Source of the DNA: an uncultured Chloroflexia bacterium
Lineage (GTDB): Bacteria; Chloroflexota; Limnocylindria; Limnocylindrales; CSP1-4
Length of the DNA: 64,000 nucleotides
Direction: 5' to 3'
Assembly (NCBI GenBank): GCA_963746845.1
Contig: CAVVCZ010000004.1
Span: 96,001-160,000, forward strand
Shown here: one piece after another, positions 8,964 through 20,504 of the stretch
Layout of the letters: each line of letters begins with the position of its first letter
How positions within the stretch are numbered: position 1 is the first letter of the stretch
Translations under genes and position numbers: made by a program
The notes under the pieces: model-generated
Seen by the model: the letters and a program-made list of their open reading frames with translations, nothing else
Told to the model about the DNA's origin: nothing
Databases searched by the model: none

Positions 8964-10570
8964 GGCAGGAGCACGCCCGGGTTCAGCAGCCCGTCCGGGT
9001 CGAGCCGCCCGCGGACCGCCTCGAGGGCCGCGAGCCCCAGCTCGCCCTTCTCCGCGGCGAGCCACCGCCGATGGTCGCGCCCGACCCCGTGCTGGTGGCT
9101 GATCGTCCCGCCGTGGGCGACGATCACGTCGCTCGCCGCGGTCTTCAACCGCCGCCAGCGATCCAGCGTCTCGTCCGGATCGGCGGCGATTCGGAAGACG
9201 TAGGTCGCGTACAGGCTCGAGCCGCTCGGGTAGACGTGCGACAGGTGGCTGAACGCGTGGACGCGCTCGCCGACGTCGTCCAGGGCGTGGCGGAGCGTCC
9301 GGCCGAGATCCGCCGCCAGATCCGGCAGCCGCGACCACGCGACGGCGGTCTCGAGCGTGTCGATCGCGTAGCCGAGCGCCCAGAGCGCGTCCCGCAGGTC
9401 CGGGACCCGGAACCGGTTCCGCAGCCACTGCTTGCCGATCGACCCGCCGACGCCCGTCCCGCCGTGCTGCCGGACGATCGTGCCGGCCTCGCGGACCGCG
9501 TTCTCGACGATCTTCTCCTCGCCGCTGGCCATCACGATCAGGAGGCACGGCTCCGGACCGATCCGGCGGAAGCGGAGGTAGCCGCGCAACGCGTCGAGCC
9601 CGCGGGTCTCGCCGGCGAGGGCGAGCGTCGTCGCCGTCTCGATCGGGGTCGAGACGCGGACCATCGAGAGGGGCAGGCCGGCGCGGGCGATCAACCGGGC
9701 GGCCTCGAGCGCGCGCGGCCACTCCCCGAGGAACCAGGCCGGGGTCGCCTCGACGCGCGGCTTTGGGAAGACGCGCACGATCGCCTCGGTCACGATCCCG
9801 AAGCGGCCCTCGGACCCGAGCACGAGCTGGCGCAGGTCGGGTCCGGCGGCGGACGCCGGATGCGGCGCCAGCGCGATCCTCCCGGATGGCGCCTCGACAC
9901 GGCCGCCGGCGAACAGGTCCTCGATCCGACCGAAGCCGATCGACTGCTGCCCGGCCGAGCGTGCCGCCACCCAGCCGCCGACCGTCGATCGTTCCCAGGA
10001 CTGCGGGAAGTGGCCCAGCGTCAGGCGGCGGGGCGCGAGGGCGGCCTCGAGCTCCGGGCCGAGCGTGCCGGCGCCGAACGTCGCGAGCCCGCTCGTCTCG
10101 TCGAGCCGGACGAGCCCGGCGAGCCGGTCCATCGCAACCGTCACCGCCGGCCGATCGTCGTCCGGGTCCGGGCTCACGCCACCGACGACGCTCGTCCCGC
10201 CGCCGAAGGGAACGAGCGTGAAGCTGCGCCTCGCCGCGGCGCCGAAGAGCTCGCGCACCTCGTCGCTCCCGGCCGGCCGCGCGACGGCGTCCGGCACGCG
10301 CCCGAGACGCCCGCTCCGGAGCGCCACCCAGTCGGGCAGGCTCTGGCCGCGCGCGTGCCGGATCCGATCGACGGGATCGGTCGACCAGTCCCCGTCCGCC
10401 AGCCGCGAGGCCGGGACCGACGCGATGACCTCGGCGAGCGTGGCGTCGCGCGGCGTCGTCCCCACGCCGATCTCGGCCTCGAGGAGTCGGAGCGCCCCGG
10501 GCGCGACCGCCGGCAGCGTCGCGTCCTCGTCGACCCACCCGTTCCAGCGCCGAACGCCCACGTCGCCCAT
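8960..10570 (-). CDS. FAD-binding oxidoreductase, alkyl-DHAP synthase-like
   Basis: RRWNGW, PFGGGTSVVGG, GHFPQS..STVGGW, GSEGRFG, ISHQHGVG, DP.GLLNPG. Confidence 0.9.
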   Translation of the reverse strand: MGDVGVRRWNGWVDEDATLPAVAPGALRLLEAEIGVGTTPRDATLAEVIASVPASRLADGDWSTDPVDRIRHARGQSLPDWVALRSGRLGRVPDAVARPAGSDEVRELFGAAARRSFTLVPFGGGTSVVGGVSPDPDDDRPAVTVAMDRLAGLVRLDETSGLATFGAGTLGPELEAALAPRRLTLGHFPQSWERSTVGGWVAARSAGQQSIGFGRIEDLFAGGRVEAPSGRIALAPHPASAAGPDLRQLVLGSEGRFGIVTEAIVRVFPKPRVEATPAWFLGEWPRALEAARLIARAGLPLSMVRVSTPIETATTLALAGETRGLDALRGYLRFRRIGPEPCLLIVMASGEEKIVENAVREAGTIVRQHGGTGVGGSIGKQWLRNRFRVPDLRDALWALGYAIDTLETAVAWSRLPDLAADLGRTLRHALDDVGERVHAFSHLSHVYPSGSSLYATYVFRIAADPDETLDRWRRLKTAASDVIVAHGGTISHQHGVGRDHRRWLAAEKGELGLAALEAVRGRLDPDGLLNPGVLLP

Positions 10571-10645
10571 GGTGCGCCACCGGCGGGCACGCCTGTCGCA
10601 CCGAACCGGCGACTGCTCGGCCGCGCGCCTTCCCGGGTCGTCAGC

Positions 10646-11380
10646 TCAGAACGGCGGCCAGGGAATTGCCGGCCAGTCCGGGCGGGGGAGGGGGAAGCGG
10701 CCGGTCTCCAGGAGCAGGTCCACCCGACGCCGGGTCGCGGCGATCTCTCCGCGCGACAGGAGCCCCGCGAGGTCCGCCGCGAGCGGTCCGCGCAGGGCGT
10801 CCGCCAGCCGGGTCAGTCCCGCCCGCTCGTCCGGGGCGAATGGCCGGCCGCGCCAGCCCCACAGCACGGTCCGGAGCTTCGGCACGGTGGAGAACGTCAC
10901 GCCGTGGTCCACCCCGTACACATGCCCGCCGGACACCGGGAGCAGGTGGCCGCCCTTCCGGTCCGTGTTGTTCACGGCCGCGTCGAAGACCGCGATCCGA
11001 CGGAGCCGTCGGTCGTCCTCGACGACCATCCCGACCACGTCGACCGTCGGATCGATGTCGACCCAGAGCTGGAGCGCCCCGTCCCCGAACGGTCCGTCCC
11101 GACGGATCGTCGGCGGCACGATCGCCCAGCCCATCGCCTCGCTCACGAGGAACGCGGCGACCTCGCGGTGGGAGAGCGTCTCGTCGGGGAAGTCATCGAG
11201 GGGTCGCTCGCCGGCCGTCGGCTTGTAGACCGCCTCGACGACGGTCGACTCGCCGGGCTCGGGGCAGGGCAGGCTCACCCGGCAGAGCATCGCGTGGTTG
11301 GACGAACCGAGCAGCCGACCGAGGACCTCGATCTCGCCCTCGCCCAGCACCTCGAGGGCGCGTGGCGTGTCGATCAGCAT
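10646..11380 (-). CDS. SCO1664-family PI3/4-kinase-like protein
   Basis: YKPTAGERPLDDFP, REVAA, NNTDRKGGH, GVDHG, C-terminal IPWPPF. Confidence 0.9.
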   Translation of the reverse strand: MLIDTPRALEVLGEGEIEVLGRLLGSSNHAMLCRVSLPCPEPGESTVVEAVYKPTAGERPLDDFPDETLSHREVAAFLVSEAMGWAIVPPTIRRDGPFGDGALQLWVDIDPTVDVVGMVVEDDRRLRRIAVFDAAVNNTDRKGGHLLPVSGGHVYGVDHGVTFSTVPKLRTVLWGWRGRPFAPDERAGLTRLADALRGPLAADLAGLLSRGEIAATRRRVDLLLETGRFPLPRPDWPAIPWPPF

Positions 11381-11408
11381 CGGACGGGCTCGCCCGGACG
11401 GTCCGCGG

Positions 11409-12080
11409 TCAGTTGACGTAGTGGCCGTTGCGCCGCGGGCAGATGTGGCCCTGCGGGTCGAGCGGCTGGCCACACAGCGGGCACGGGAGCCGTCCGGCCG
11501 CCACGACCGTCAACGCCCGGTTCACGAACCCGCGCGCCTCCGACGGGGTGAGCCGCACACGGAGCGTGTCGGGCCCCTCGTCGTCATCGTCGTCGTCGAC
11601 GCCCTCGAAGGCGGCCATCAGCTCGCCGGCCTGCGACGCCACGAGGCCCTCGATCGACGAGAGGTCGATCACCGTCTCGCCTTCGCCGCCCTCGTCCTCG
11701 TCGTCATCGGCCGCGCCCTCCGCGTCCTCGTCCTCGTCCTCGTCGTCCTCGGCGCGGGCCTCGACCAGGATCCGTTCGTCGTCGCCGTCCCAGCCGAGGG
11801 TGAGCGTCGTCGCCCGGAACGCCTCGGTGATCGGCTCATCGAGCGGGTCGCCGTCCGCCGGCGCGTCGTCGGTCGCGGGGCTGATGCCGCGCGACTCGAG
11901 CTCGTCGAGGAGGACGCCGAGGCGCTCGGCCAGGACGGCGACCTGGACCTTCTCGAGCACGACCGACACGACCTGGCCGGCCCGGCGGGCCTGCAGGAAG
12001 AACGTCCGGCTGCCGGGCCTGCCGACCGTGCCGGCGACGAATCGGTCGGGTGGATCGAAGACGAAGACGCGTCGAGGCAT
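11409..12080 (-). CDS. DUF3090 family protein
   Basis: FVAGTVGRPGSRTFFLQA, LEKVQV, C-terminal CPLCGQPLDPQGHICPRRNG. Confidence 0.9.
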   Translation of the reverse strand: MPRRVFVFDPPDRFVAGTVGRPGSRTFFLQARRAGQVVSVVLEKVQVAVLAERLGVLLDELESRGISPATDDAPADGDPLDEPITEAFRATTLTLGWDGDDERILVEARAEDDEDEDEDAEGAADDDEDEGGEGETVIDLSSIEGLVASQAGELMAAFEGVDDDDDDEGPDTLRVRLTPSEARGFVNRALTVVAAGRLPCPLCGQPLDPQGHICPRRNGHYVN

Positions 12081-12159
12081 CACCGGACTGTACCTGCTCG
12101 ACCGGCTTGGCACCGTCGGAGGCCCGTGGCCCAGGCGCGGGTCGGGTGCGTCACGCGCG

Positions 12160-13777
12160 TCAGCCAACCGTCACCTGGATCGTGTGGTGGCCGCGCGCGC
12201 CATCCGGTGCCGGCGGCGTGCGGTCCGCCGTCTGGACGGCACCCGTGCCATCGGTCGCGCGGACCTCGATCAGGTGCGGACCGGGCGTGACCGCGGACGC
12301 GTCCCACGCGACGAGCCACTGGACCCACGTCGCGTCCGAGATCGGCGTCGAGAGCGTCGCGGGCAGCCAGTCGCCCTGATCGATGGCGACCTCGACCTTC
12401 GAGATGCCGCGGTCCGGCGCCCAGGCGATGCCCGCGATCGGCACCCGTCCGGCAGGAACGGTGTCCCCGTTGCCCGGGACGTCGATCCGGGACTGGGTGA
12501 GGATCGGACCTTCCTTGGCCCAGCCGAGCGGCACCCAGTAGCCGTCGAAGGCCTCCAGAGTCGTGAGCTCGAGGTCGCTCAGCCACTTCGTCGCCGACAC
12601 GTAGCCGTACAGACCGGGCACGATCAGCCGCGCCGGGAAGCCGTGGACCCGCGGCAGCGGCTCGTCGTTCATCTTCAGGGCGATCATCGGCTCGCGGCTC
12701 GGGTCCATGACCCACGCCGTCGGCATGCCCGCGGTCCAGCCGTCGACCGACCGCCCGACGAGCTGCGTCGCCCCGGGCTGGACGCCGGCCATCGCGAGCA
12801 CGTCCCGGAGCCGGACGCCGGTCCATTTCGTGTTTCCCGACGAGACCCCCGCCGACCTCGTTGCTGACGCACGAGATCGTCACGTACTGCTCGACGATCG
12901 GGAGCTCGGCGAGGTCCGCGTAGGCGAGGCTGACCTCGTGGTCGACCATCCCGTGGACCCGCAGCTTCCAGGTCGACGCGTCGACGCTCGGGGCGATCAG
13001 CGCGGTGTCGATCCGGTAGAAGTCGTCGTTCGGGATCACGAGCGGGGTGATCCCGGCCTGCTGGAGCTCGGCGCCCGCGGGTATCGTCGCGAGCTCGACC
13101 GGGGCCGGCAGCGTGATCGGCTTGCCGCCGGCGGTCGGCGTGGTACCCGAGAGGCTCCCCTCGAGGAGCCGGCGTCCCACGAGACCCACGACGGTCGAGG
13201 CGACGGCGATGCCGCCCGCCTGCATCAGGAACGAGCGACGCGACCAGCTCGGCATCGCGGCGTCGCGCCGGGTCCGTCCGGTCCCCCGTGCGGCGCCCGA
13301 TGCGCCGGCGGTGCCGAGCAGGAACGACAGGGTCTGGATCCCGGCGACGGCCCCGACCAGTGCGACGATGATCGCGGTCGTCGGCGTCGCGGTCGGCGAT
13401 CCGAGCGCGGCCAGGAACCCCGCGAGCGCGAACGCGCCGATCCCGACGGCGCCGATCGTGAACGACCAGCGAACCGCGGCGATCCCGAGCAGCGCACCGA
13501 TCGCGAGCGCGACGACGAGGATCAGGACCTCGAGCGCGAGCTTGTCGTTCGTCCCGAACAACCCGACCACGAAGTCCTTCGCGCCGGGCGGCTGATGGTC
13601 GATGACGAACTCGCCGATCGAGGCGAGGAGGGACGGACCGCCGAGGAAGCCTGCCACGAGCTCCGACGCACCGATCCCGGCGAGGGCGGCGACCGCGCCG
13701 GACACGGACGGCCGGAGGAGACCGCCGGGCGGCGGCTCGGTCGTCGTGGCGGCGCGCGCGGCGATCGTGTCGGTCAT
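12160..13777 (-). CDS. membrane-anchored molybdopterin-dependent oxidoreductase (sulfite oxidase family), frameshift near 12830
   Basis: FYRIDTAL, TISCVSNEVGG in one frame; HGFPARLIVPGLYGYVSATKW and RATDGTG in the next. Confidence 0.85.
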
Positions 13778-13819
13778 TGCAGCGATTCTTCGTCCCGAGC
13801 GTGACGTTCGGATGTCGGC

Positions 13820-14812
13820 TCAGCCACCGGCGGACCGCGTCAGTCGATCCCAGCCTGCCGCATCGCGCAGGGCGACGGCGCCGGCCACGAGGCGGTCCCG
13901 ACGCTCGCGCAGCGCGAGGAGCGCCGTTTCCGGGTCGGTCGCGACGAGCCGCACCGGGTCGCCCGGCTGGAGCTGGCCGAGGATCGGTCGGTCGGCCGCG
14001 ATCACGACGGCGACGACGCCGTAGCCGCCCGTCGTCTGGTGGTCGGCCGAGAGCACGATCGGCCGGCCGTCCGGCGGGACCTGGATCGCGCCCCAGGAGA
14101 CGCCCTGCGTCGCCGTCTCGCCTCCGATCCCGGCCTCCAGCGTGCGGCCCTCGAGCCGGACGCCGACCCGGTTGGCCGCAGCCGCGACCCGCCACGGACC
14201 CGCGACGAGGTCGTCGAGACCGTCCGCCGGGCCCGGCAGGACTCGCAGGACCCGCTCGAGCACGGCGCCACCGCCCGACTCCGCCGCGGGATCGGCCTCC
14301 GGCCAGACGAGATCCGGACCGTCCGGCCCGTCGCCGGATGCGCGGTCGGAGCGGAGCTCGTCGCCGGCGCGCAGCGGGCGTCCGTCGAGACCACCGAAGC
14401 CGGCGGCCAGGCACGTCGAGCGCGAGCCGAGGACGCGCGGCACGTCGACGCCGCCCGGGATGGCCAGGTAGCCGCGCGCACCGGCCGGGCGGTCGGCGCC
14501 CGGGATCGTGATGGTCTCGCCGGTCGCGATCGCCTGGCTCCGGCCGGGGACGAGCGGACGTCCGCCGGCACGGGCACCGAGATCGGCTCCGGCCAGAGCG
14601 ATCGTGCCGCCCACCCGGACGACGAGCGTCGGACCGACGATGGTCATCTCGAGCGCCGCGGCATCCGGCTCGTTGCCGGCGAGGAGGTTGGCCACCGCGA
14701 GACCCCACGGGTCCGCGGCGCCCGACACCGGCACGCCGAGATGGGTCCAGCCGGGGCGGCCGGCGTCCTGCACGGTCGTCAGGAGCCCGCCGTCGATGAC
14801 GTCGAGGATCAT
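13820..14812 (-). CDS. pxpC: 5-oxoprolinase subunit C
   Basis: [34 protein letters not shown]. Confidence 0.9.
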   Translation of the reverse strand: MILDVIDGGLLTTVQDAGRPGWTHLGVPVSGAADPWGLAVANLLAGNEPDAAALEMTIVGPTLVVRVGGTIALAGADLGARAGGRPLVPGRSQAIATGETITIPGADRPAGARGYLAIPGGVDVPRVLGSRSTCLAAGFGGLDGRPLRAGDELRSDRASGDGPDGPDLVWPEADPAAESGGGAVLERVLRVLPGPADGLDDLVAGPWRVAAAANRVGVRLEGRTLEAGIGGETATQGVSWGAIQVPPDGRPIVLSADHQTTGGYGVVAVVIAADRPILGQLQPGDPVRLVATDPETALLALRERRDRLVAGAVALRDAAGWDRLTRSAGG

Positions 14813-15525
14813 CCGACCGGCACGAATCGGACCGTGTCGCCGGGGTGGAGGAGGGCCGGGTCCGCGGCGCTCGCGTCGAACAGATGCCGCTCCGTCCGCC
14901 CGATCAGGTTCCAGCCGCCGGGCATGGCCAGGGGATAGACCCCGGTCTGCTCACCGGCGATCGCGACGCTGCCCGCGGGCACCCGCTCACGGGGGCTGGC
15001 CCGTCGCGGGCTCACGAGCTCCCGCGGCAGCCCGCCGAGATAGGCGAACCCGGGCGCGAACCCGAGGAACAGCACGCGGTACCGCGTGCCGGCATGCAGT
15101 GCGATGACCTCGCTCGGCCGGAGCCCGCGGGCATCCGCGATCTCCTGGAGGTCCGGACCGTCCGCGCCGCCGTAGCGAACGGGGATCTCGACGACCCGCT
15201 CCGGAGCCGCGGCCGGGCCCTCGATCGTGAACGAGGCCAGGGCGGCGGTTGCCGCGTCGCGGACGAGCGCGATCGCCTCGGCCGCTTCGATCGCCAACGG
15301 GTCGAACGGGACGAGGACCGTGGAAACGGCCGGGACCGCGCGGCCGATCCGGTCCGGCTCCGGCCATCGCTTCCCCAGGTCGTGCGCGATGACGGCCGCC
15401 CGGGCGGCCATCCACGCGACCGGATCCGGGCCGGGCTCCGGCGGCCCGGCGACGGTCACGAGCAGCGCGGCGTCGCCGAACGGATCGATCCGGAGCACGT
15501 CGCGGTCCGGGGCGTCCTCAGCCAC
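14809..15525 (-). CDS. pxpB: 5-oxoprolinase subunit B
   Basis: [36 protein letters not shown]...[10 protein letters not shown]. Confidence 0.9.
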   Translation of the reverse strand: MAEDAPDRDVLRIDPFGDAALLVTVAGPPEPGPDPVAWMAARAAVIAHDLGKRWPEPDRIGRAVPAVSTVLVPFDPLAIEAAEAIALVRDAATAALASFTIEGPAAAPERVVEIPVRYGGADGPDLQEIADARGLRPSEVIALHAGTRYRVLFLGFAPGFAYLGGLPRELVSPRRASPRERVPAGSVAIAGEQTGVYPLAMPGGWNLIGRTERHLFDASAADPALLHPGDTVRFVPVG

Positions 15526-16291
15526 GGAACGCCGCCGGCCCGAGGCCCGCGGTCTCGAGGGCGGTCCGGACCGCGCGCGCCACCGCGACCGCGTCCGGAC
15601 TGTCGCCGTGGACGCAGATCGTGTCCGCGCGCACGGCGAGCGTGGAGCCGTCCCCGGCCGTCACGACGCCGTCACGCGCGATCGACACCGCCTGGGCGGC
15701 CGCCGCCTCGGGACCAAGGAGCGCGCCGTCGAGCCGCCGCGATCGAAGGGACCCGTCCGGCTCGTAGCAGCGATCCGCGAACGCCTCCTCCGCGACGCGC
15801 AGCCCCGCCGCCCGCCCCGCAACCACGGATGCCGAACCGGCGAGCCCCACGAGGACCAGCTTCGGGTCGAGATCGCGCACGGCCCGAGCGATCGTCTCGG
15901 CCATCGCGGGATCCCCGGCGGCCCGGTTGTACATCGCCCCGTGCGGCTTCACGTGGCCCACCCGACCACCGGCGACGCGGGCACCCGCGACCACCGCCCC
16001 CACCTGGACGACGAGCGTCGCCCGGAGCTCGTCCGGCGTCAGCTCGAGGTCGCGCCGGCCGAAGCCCGCCAGGTCCGGATACCCGGGATGCGCCCCGATC
16101 GCGACCCCGTGGCGGACCGCCAGGGCGGCCGTCCGGAGGATGGTGGTGGCGTCGCCGGCGTGGGCGCCACACGCGATGTTCACGCTCGTCACGAGCGGGA
16201 CGATCGCCTCGTCCATGCCCATCGGCCACGGCCCGAACGACTCGCCGACGTCGGCGTTGAGATCGATCGCGCGGCGCTCCGTCGTCGTCAT
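15518..16291 (-). CDS. pxpA: 5-oxoprolinase subunit A (LamB/YcsF)
   Basis: [39 protein letters not shown]; own ATG at 16291 preceded by a TACGAT -10 box. Confidence 0.9.
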   Translation of the reverse strand: MTTTERRAIDLNADVGESFGPWPMGMDEAIVPLVTSVNIACGAHAGDATTILRTAALAVRHGVAIGAHPGYPDLAGFGRRDLELTPDELRATLVVQVGAVVAGARVAGGRVGHVKPHGAMYNRAAGDPAMAETIARAVRDLDPKLVLVGLAGSASVVAGRAAGLRVAEEAFADRCYEPDGSLRSRRLDGALLGPEAAAAQAVSIARDGVVTAGDGSTLAVRADTICVHGDSPDAVAVARAVRTALETAGLGPAAFRG

Positions 16292-16325
16292 CGACCGGAT
16301 CGTAGCGCCGGCCCGCCGGACCCGA

Positions 16326-19126
16326 TCAGCTCGGTGCGGGCGACTCGGGTGTCGACGGATCGGCGTCGGGGTGGGGGTCGGCGTCGGGGTGGGGGTCGGC
16401 GTCGGCACCGGCTCCGACGGTGGAGGCTCCGACGGCGGAGGCTCCTCGGACGGCGAGGCGCTCGGGGCGACCGACGGCGGCGCGCACGGCTCGAACACGA
16501 GGTTGGCCGACGGATCGGCGGACGGCACCGCGAACGACGGGACCACCCCGCTCGGGTCCGGCGTCGGGACCGGGTAGCAGGTGACCGAGGGGCTCGGCAT
16601 CGCGCAGCCATGACCGACGACGAGCGCGCCCCACGAGCTGCCGTACGGCCGGAACGCCCCGTTGTAGAAGTACTGCGTCCGGCTCTGGTTGACGCCGCCG
16701 CGGATCCCGGCGCCCTTCTCGGCGCGGGCGATCCAGTCCTCGTCGGCGGTCATCCAGTTCCTGAACCGGTTCTCCCAGATGCCGTTCATGCCGAGGACCT
16801 CGACGCCGCAGGTCCCGACCGGCACGCTGTCCTTCGGCTCGGTGCCCGCGATGTACCACTCGGTGATGGTCTTGCCGCCCGCGGCGGGCTTGAGGCCGGT
16901 GAACGGGTCGATCTTCGCCTGGGTCAGCCCGGTCGGGACCGCGAAGTCGTTGATCGGCCACTTCGCCGTCGCCTCCTGGAGGAAGCCCTGCCACATGTAC
17001 GTCGTGACGTCGAGCGAGACGACGTCGCCGACGACCGTGTTGTCGCTGTTCCCGGCCCACGCCCCGACCGCGAGCGCGTATTGCCCGTTTGTCCGCCCGG
17101 CCGCTGACGGCGGCGCGATGTAGCCGTAGGCGTTGAGGTCCTTGGCGTCGTTGTTGGTCCCGGTCTTGAGCGTGGCCGGCCGGTGCTTGTCGCCGGGCCC
17201 GGTCAGCTCGAACCTGCCCCAGTACGGGTTGATGTGCGGATCGGTGTTGCCCTCGAGGATGTCCGTGACGATGAACGATGCCTGCGGGCTGGCCGCCTGC
17301 GTGCCGTCGGGCGGCACGTACGGCGGGATGACGTCCGTGCCGGTCTGGTTCTTCACGGACAGGATCGTCGTGTGGCCGATGTTCTTGCCGCCGTTCGCCA
17401 GGGTTCCATAGGCGGTGACGAGGTCGACCGGTCGGACCTCCTGGACGCCGAGCGCGATCGCCGCGCCGGCGGTCGTCTTGTCCGTCTGGAAGACCATCCC
17501 GAAGTCCTGGGCCCTCGCGAACAGGTGGTCCGGTGAGTTCACGATCGCGGTCTTGACCGCGGGGATGTTCAGGGAGAACTGGAGGGCACTACGGACGCGG
17601 ACGGGGCCGCGCTCCTGGTTGTCGGCGTCGGCCGGCGTGTAGCCGCCGCCGAAGTCCGTGGACGTGTCCATGAACATCGAGCCCGCGGTGATCTGCTTGT
17701 CGTCGATCCCGGTCAGGTAGTTGAACGGCTTGAACGCGGACCCGGGCTGGCGGAAGCCGCTGCCCACGACGTCGAACTTCGCCTGGAACTGCTTCGTGCT
17801 CTTGGGCGCGTAGTAGTTCGCGCTGCCCACGTAGGCGACCAGCTCGCCGGTCTGGTAGTCGAGCGCGACCAGTGCCCCGTTGTGGACGTCCCTGCCGCGC
17901 AGGTTCTTCATCCATGAGGCGTAGCCGCCCGGGATCTTCAGGGTCTTCGCCAGAGCCGCCGGATCCTTGCTGTTCGGGACGACCGCCGCGGCCTGGACCC
18001 ACTTCTCGGCCAGCGCCTGGAGCTTCACGTCGAGCGTCGTCGTGATCGTCAGACCGCCCGCCACCAGCTCGTCGCAGGTCGGCACGCCCTGGCCGCAGAG
18101 CTTGTCCGCGAGCTCTGCCTGGACGGCCCAGACGAAGTGTGGAGCGACCCAGCGCGGCGTGACCTGGGGGACGATCACGACCGGGTCGTTCTCGGCCGCC
18201 CGGAGCTCGGCCGGCGTGTACTGGCCGCCCGACTGGGGCGTCCGGCCGGCGGCCAGCAGCTCGAGGATCTGGTTCCGGCGCTGGACGATCGCGGTGTCCG
18301 GCGGGACCACGAGCTCCGTGCCCTTGCCGGAGGCACAGGTGTCCTCCGTGTCGTCCGGGCTCGGCTCGATGCACTGCGGGACCGCGTTCTTCACCAGGTC
18401 GTAGTTGGATGGTGACTTCGGAAGGGCCGCGAGGATCGCGGCCTGGGCGGGCGTCAGCTTCGAGAGGTCGTCGACGCCGAAGTACGACTTGGCTGCGGCC
18501 TTCACGCCGTACGACTGGTTGCCGTAGTAGTTCTGGTTCAGGTAGGCGGCGATGATCTGCTGCTTGCCCTGGACACCGGGGAACGCCTCGGTCAGGCGGA
18601 TCGACTGGATGATCTCCTTGACCTTCCGCTCGAATGTCCGCTTCGGATCCTGGACGAGGTTCTCGGGCAGCAGTCGCTGACGGACGAGCTGCTGGGTAAT
18701 CGTCGAGGCGCCGCGGCTGTTGCCGCGCAGGCCGTCGATCCCGGCCGAGATGATCGCGAGCGGGTCGAAGCCGGCGTTGTCCCAGAACGTCTTGTCCTCG
18801 ACCGCGGTCTGGGCGTCGATGACGATCGCCGGGATCTGGTCGAACGGGACGACGTCCCGCCGCTCCCCGCCGAACCGGGCCAGCTCGACCTTGCCGGTCC
18901 GGTCGTAGATGACCGACTGCTCCGAGAACGTGATCTTGTCGAAGTCGCCGACGGGCGGGAGACCGTCGGTCATTCGAGAGAAGGCCGCGACGACGCCGAC
19001 GGCGCCGAGGAACGCGATGATCGCGAGCCCGGCCCAGATCGCGAGGGCGATCCAGCCGGCGACGGACGGGGTCGTCCGGAGAGGGACGGCGCGGGCGGGC
19101 CGCGTCGGGCGAGGGGCGTCGTACAA
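16326..19126 (-). CDS. class A penicillin-binding protein (transglycosylase/transpeptidase); probable indel in the PT-rich tail
   Basis: GT51 motifs EDKTF, GASTITQQL, RKVKE, YLNQNYYG; transpeptidase SAFK, SLN, KTG; alternative frame ends STPESPAPS* at 16326; start uncertain. Confidence 0.9.
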
Positions 19127-19351
19127 GCGTGAGCTCCGGGGACGGGTGGTCTGCGGAAGGATGCCATCGCCCGGTGAGAACGTGCAGGCGAGGGGTGGCG
19201 GTCGTCCCTGGGACGCGGTGACGGCCCGAGCTGTGGCGTTCCACGGTTCCCGCCGGTCCACCGCGGTTCGCCCGATGGCTCCGTCAGCCGGGAGTCGCTC
19301 GGACCGCTACCGTTGTGGCGAGTCGTCAACACAGCGGAGCAGCGAGGTGAG

Positions 19352-20458
19352 ATGGGCAACGCGGATCCAGGCAAACCGCTTCGCGGCCCGGGCGAACCGA
19401 CCCTCATGCGCGGGGAGATCGAGGCGATCCCGGCCGTTGTCGCCCGGTTCCTGGACGACGGGGCGGCCGAGGTCGGCATCGCCGCGGCGGCCGTCCGGTC
19501 TGCGGATCCGCGGTTCGTGGCGATCGTCGCTCGCGGCACCTCGGATCATGCCGCGATCCATCTGCGCTATCTGATCGAGACGGAGCTCCGGATCCCGACC
19601 GGGCTGGCGGCCCCATCGGTCACGACGCTGTACGGCACCGAGCTCCGCTGGCGCGGCGGGCTCGTCATCGCCGTCTCGCAGAGCGGGCAATCGCCGGACC
19701 TCGTCGCGGTCGTCGAGGCCGCACGCGCGGGCGGGGCGACGACCATCGCCATCGCCAACGACGCCCGGTCACCGCTCGCGGGGGCGGCCGAGCACGTCAT
19801 CGACTGCCGGGCAGGGGAGGAGCAGTCCGTCGCCGCCACGAAGTCGTACGTCGCGCAGCTGGCGGCCGGGGCCGCCCTGGTCGCCGCCCTGGCGCCTCGA
19901 TCGCCGCTGGCCTTGGCATTGCCGTCGATGCCGGAGGTCCTTGCCCTGGCGCTCGCCGAGGCGTCCTCCGCGGTGGCGGATGACGCGGTGATCGTTGCGG
20001 AGTTCGCCGCCTCGGAGCGCTCGATCGTGATCTCGCGGGGCTACGACTACCCGACGGCCCTCGAGACGGCCCTGAAGCTCAAGGAGACGGGACGGCTGTT
20101 CGCCGAGGGCTACTCGTCGGCCGACTTCAGCCACGGACCGGTCGTCCTGAGCGGGCCAGGCGTACCCGTCCTCGCGATCCGGCCGAACGGCCCGGTGGGT
20201 CGGGCCGTCGACGAGGGGATCGACGCGGCCCGGGCCGCGGGCGGGCGCCCGTGGGTGATCGCGGGCGCGGACGTCGGTGCCGCCGCCGATGCCGACGATC
20301 GGATCCTCCGACTGCCGCTGTCGGCGGATCTCCCCGATGGGTTGGCGCCCCTGGCGACGATCCTGCCCGGCCAGCTGCTCGCGGAGTCGGTCGCCCGCCG
20401 TCGGGGATTCGATCCCGACGCGCCCCCAGGGCTCCGGAAGGTGACCCTGACGCGCTGA
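19352..20458 (+). CDS. SIS-domain protein (GlmS isomerase-like / sugar-phosphate isomerase)
   Basis: ARGTSDHAA, SQSGQSPD, VAATKSY, ETALKLKE, HGP, C-terminal PPGLRKVTLTR. Confidence 0.9.
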   Translation: MGNADPGKPLRGPGEPTLMRGEIEAIPAVVARFLDDGAAEVGIAAAAVRSADPRFVAIVARGTSDHAAIHLRYLIETELRIPTGLAAPSVTTLYGTELRWRGGLVIAVSQSGQSPDLVAVVEAARAGGATTIAIANDARSPLAGAAEHVIDCRAGEEQSVAATKSYVAQLAAGAALVAALAPRSPLALALPSMPEVLALALAEASSAVADDAVIVAEFAASERSIVISRGYDYPTALETALKLKETGRLFAEGYSSADFSHGPVVLSGPGVPVLAIRPNGPVGRAVDEGIDAARAAGGRPWVIAGADVGAAADADDRILRLPLSADLPDGLAPLATILPGQLLAESVARRRGFDPDAPPGLRKVTLTR

Positions 20459-20504
20459 GATCGGGTCGCACGACGACCTCGCGACGCGCGTGTATCGTGG
20501 CCGC

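Noticed and set aside
16360-16450. Short tandem repeats gtcggcgtcggggtgggg
   Set aside because: They encode the Pro/Thr/Ser linker of the PBP.
15518-19261. Apparent 1247-aa PBP-PxpA fusion
   Set aside because: An alternative frame gives a natural PBP end (STPESPAPS* at 16326) right after the PT repeat, and pxpA has its own -10 box and ATG; one indel explains the fusion.
19262-19351. Possible glmS ribozyme upstream of the SIS gene
   Set aside because: No recognisable ribozyme core, and the protein lacks the glutaminase domain of GlmS.
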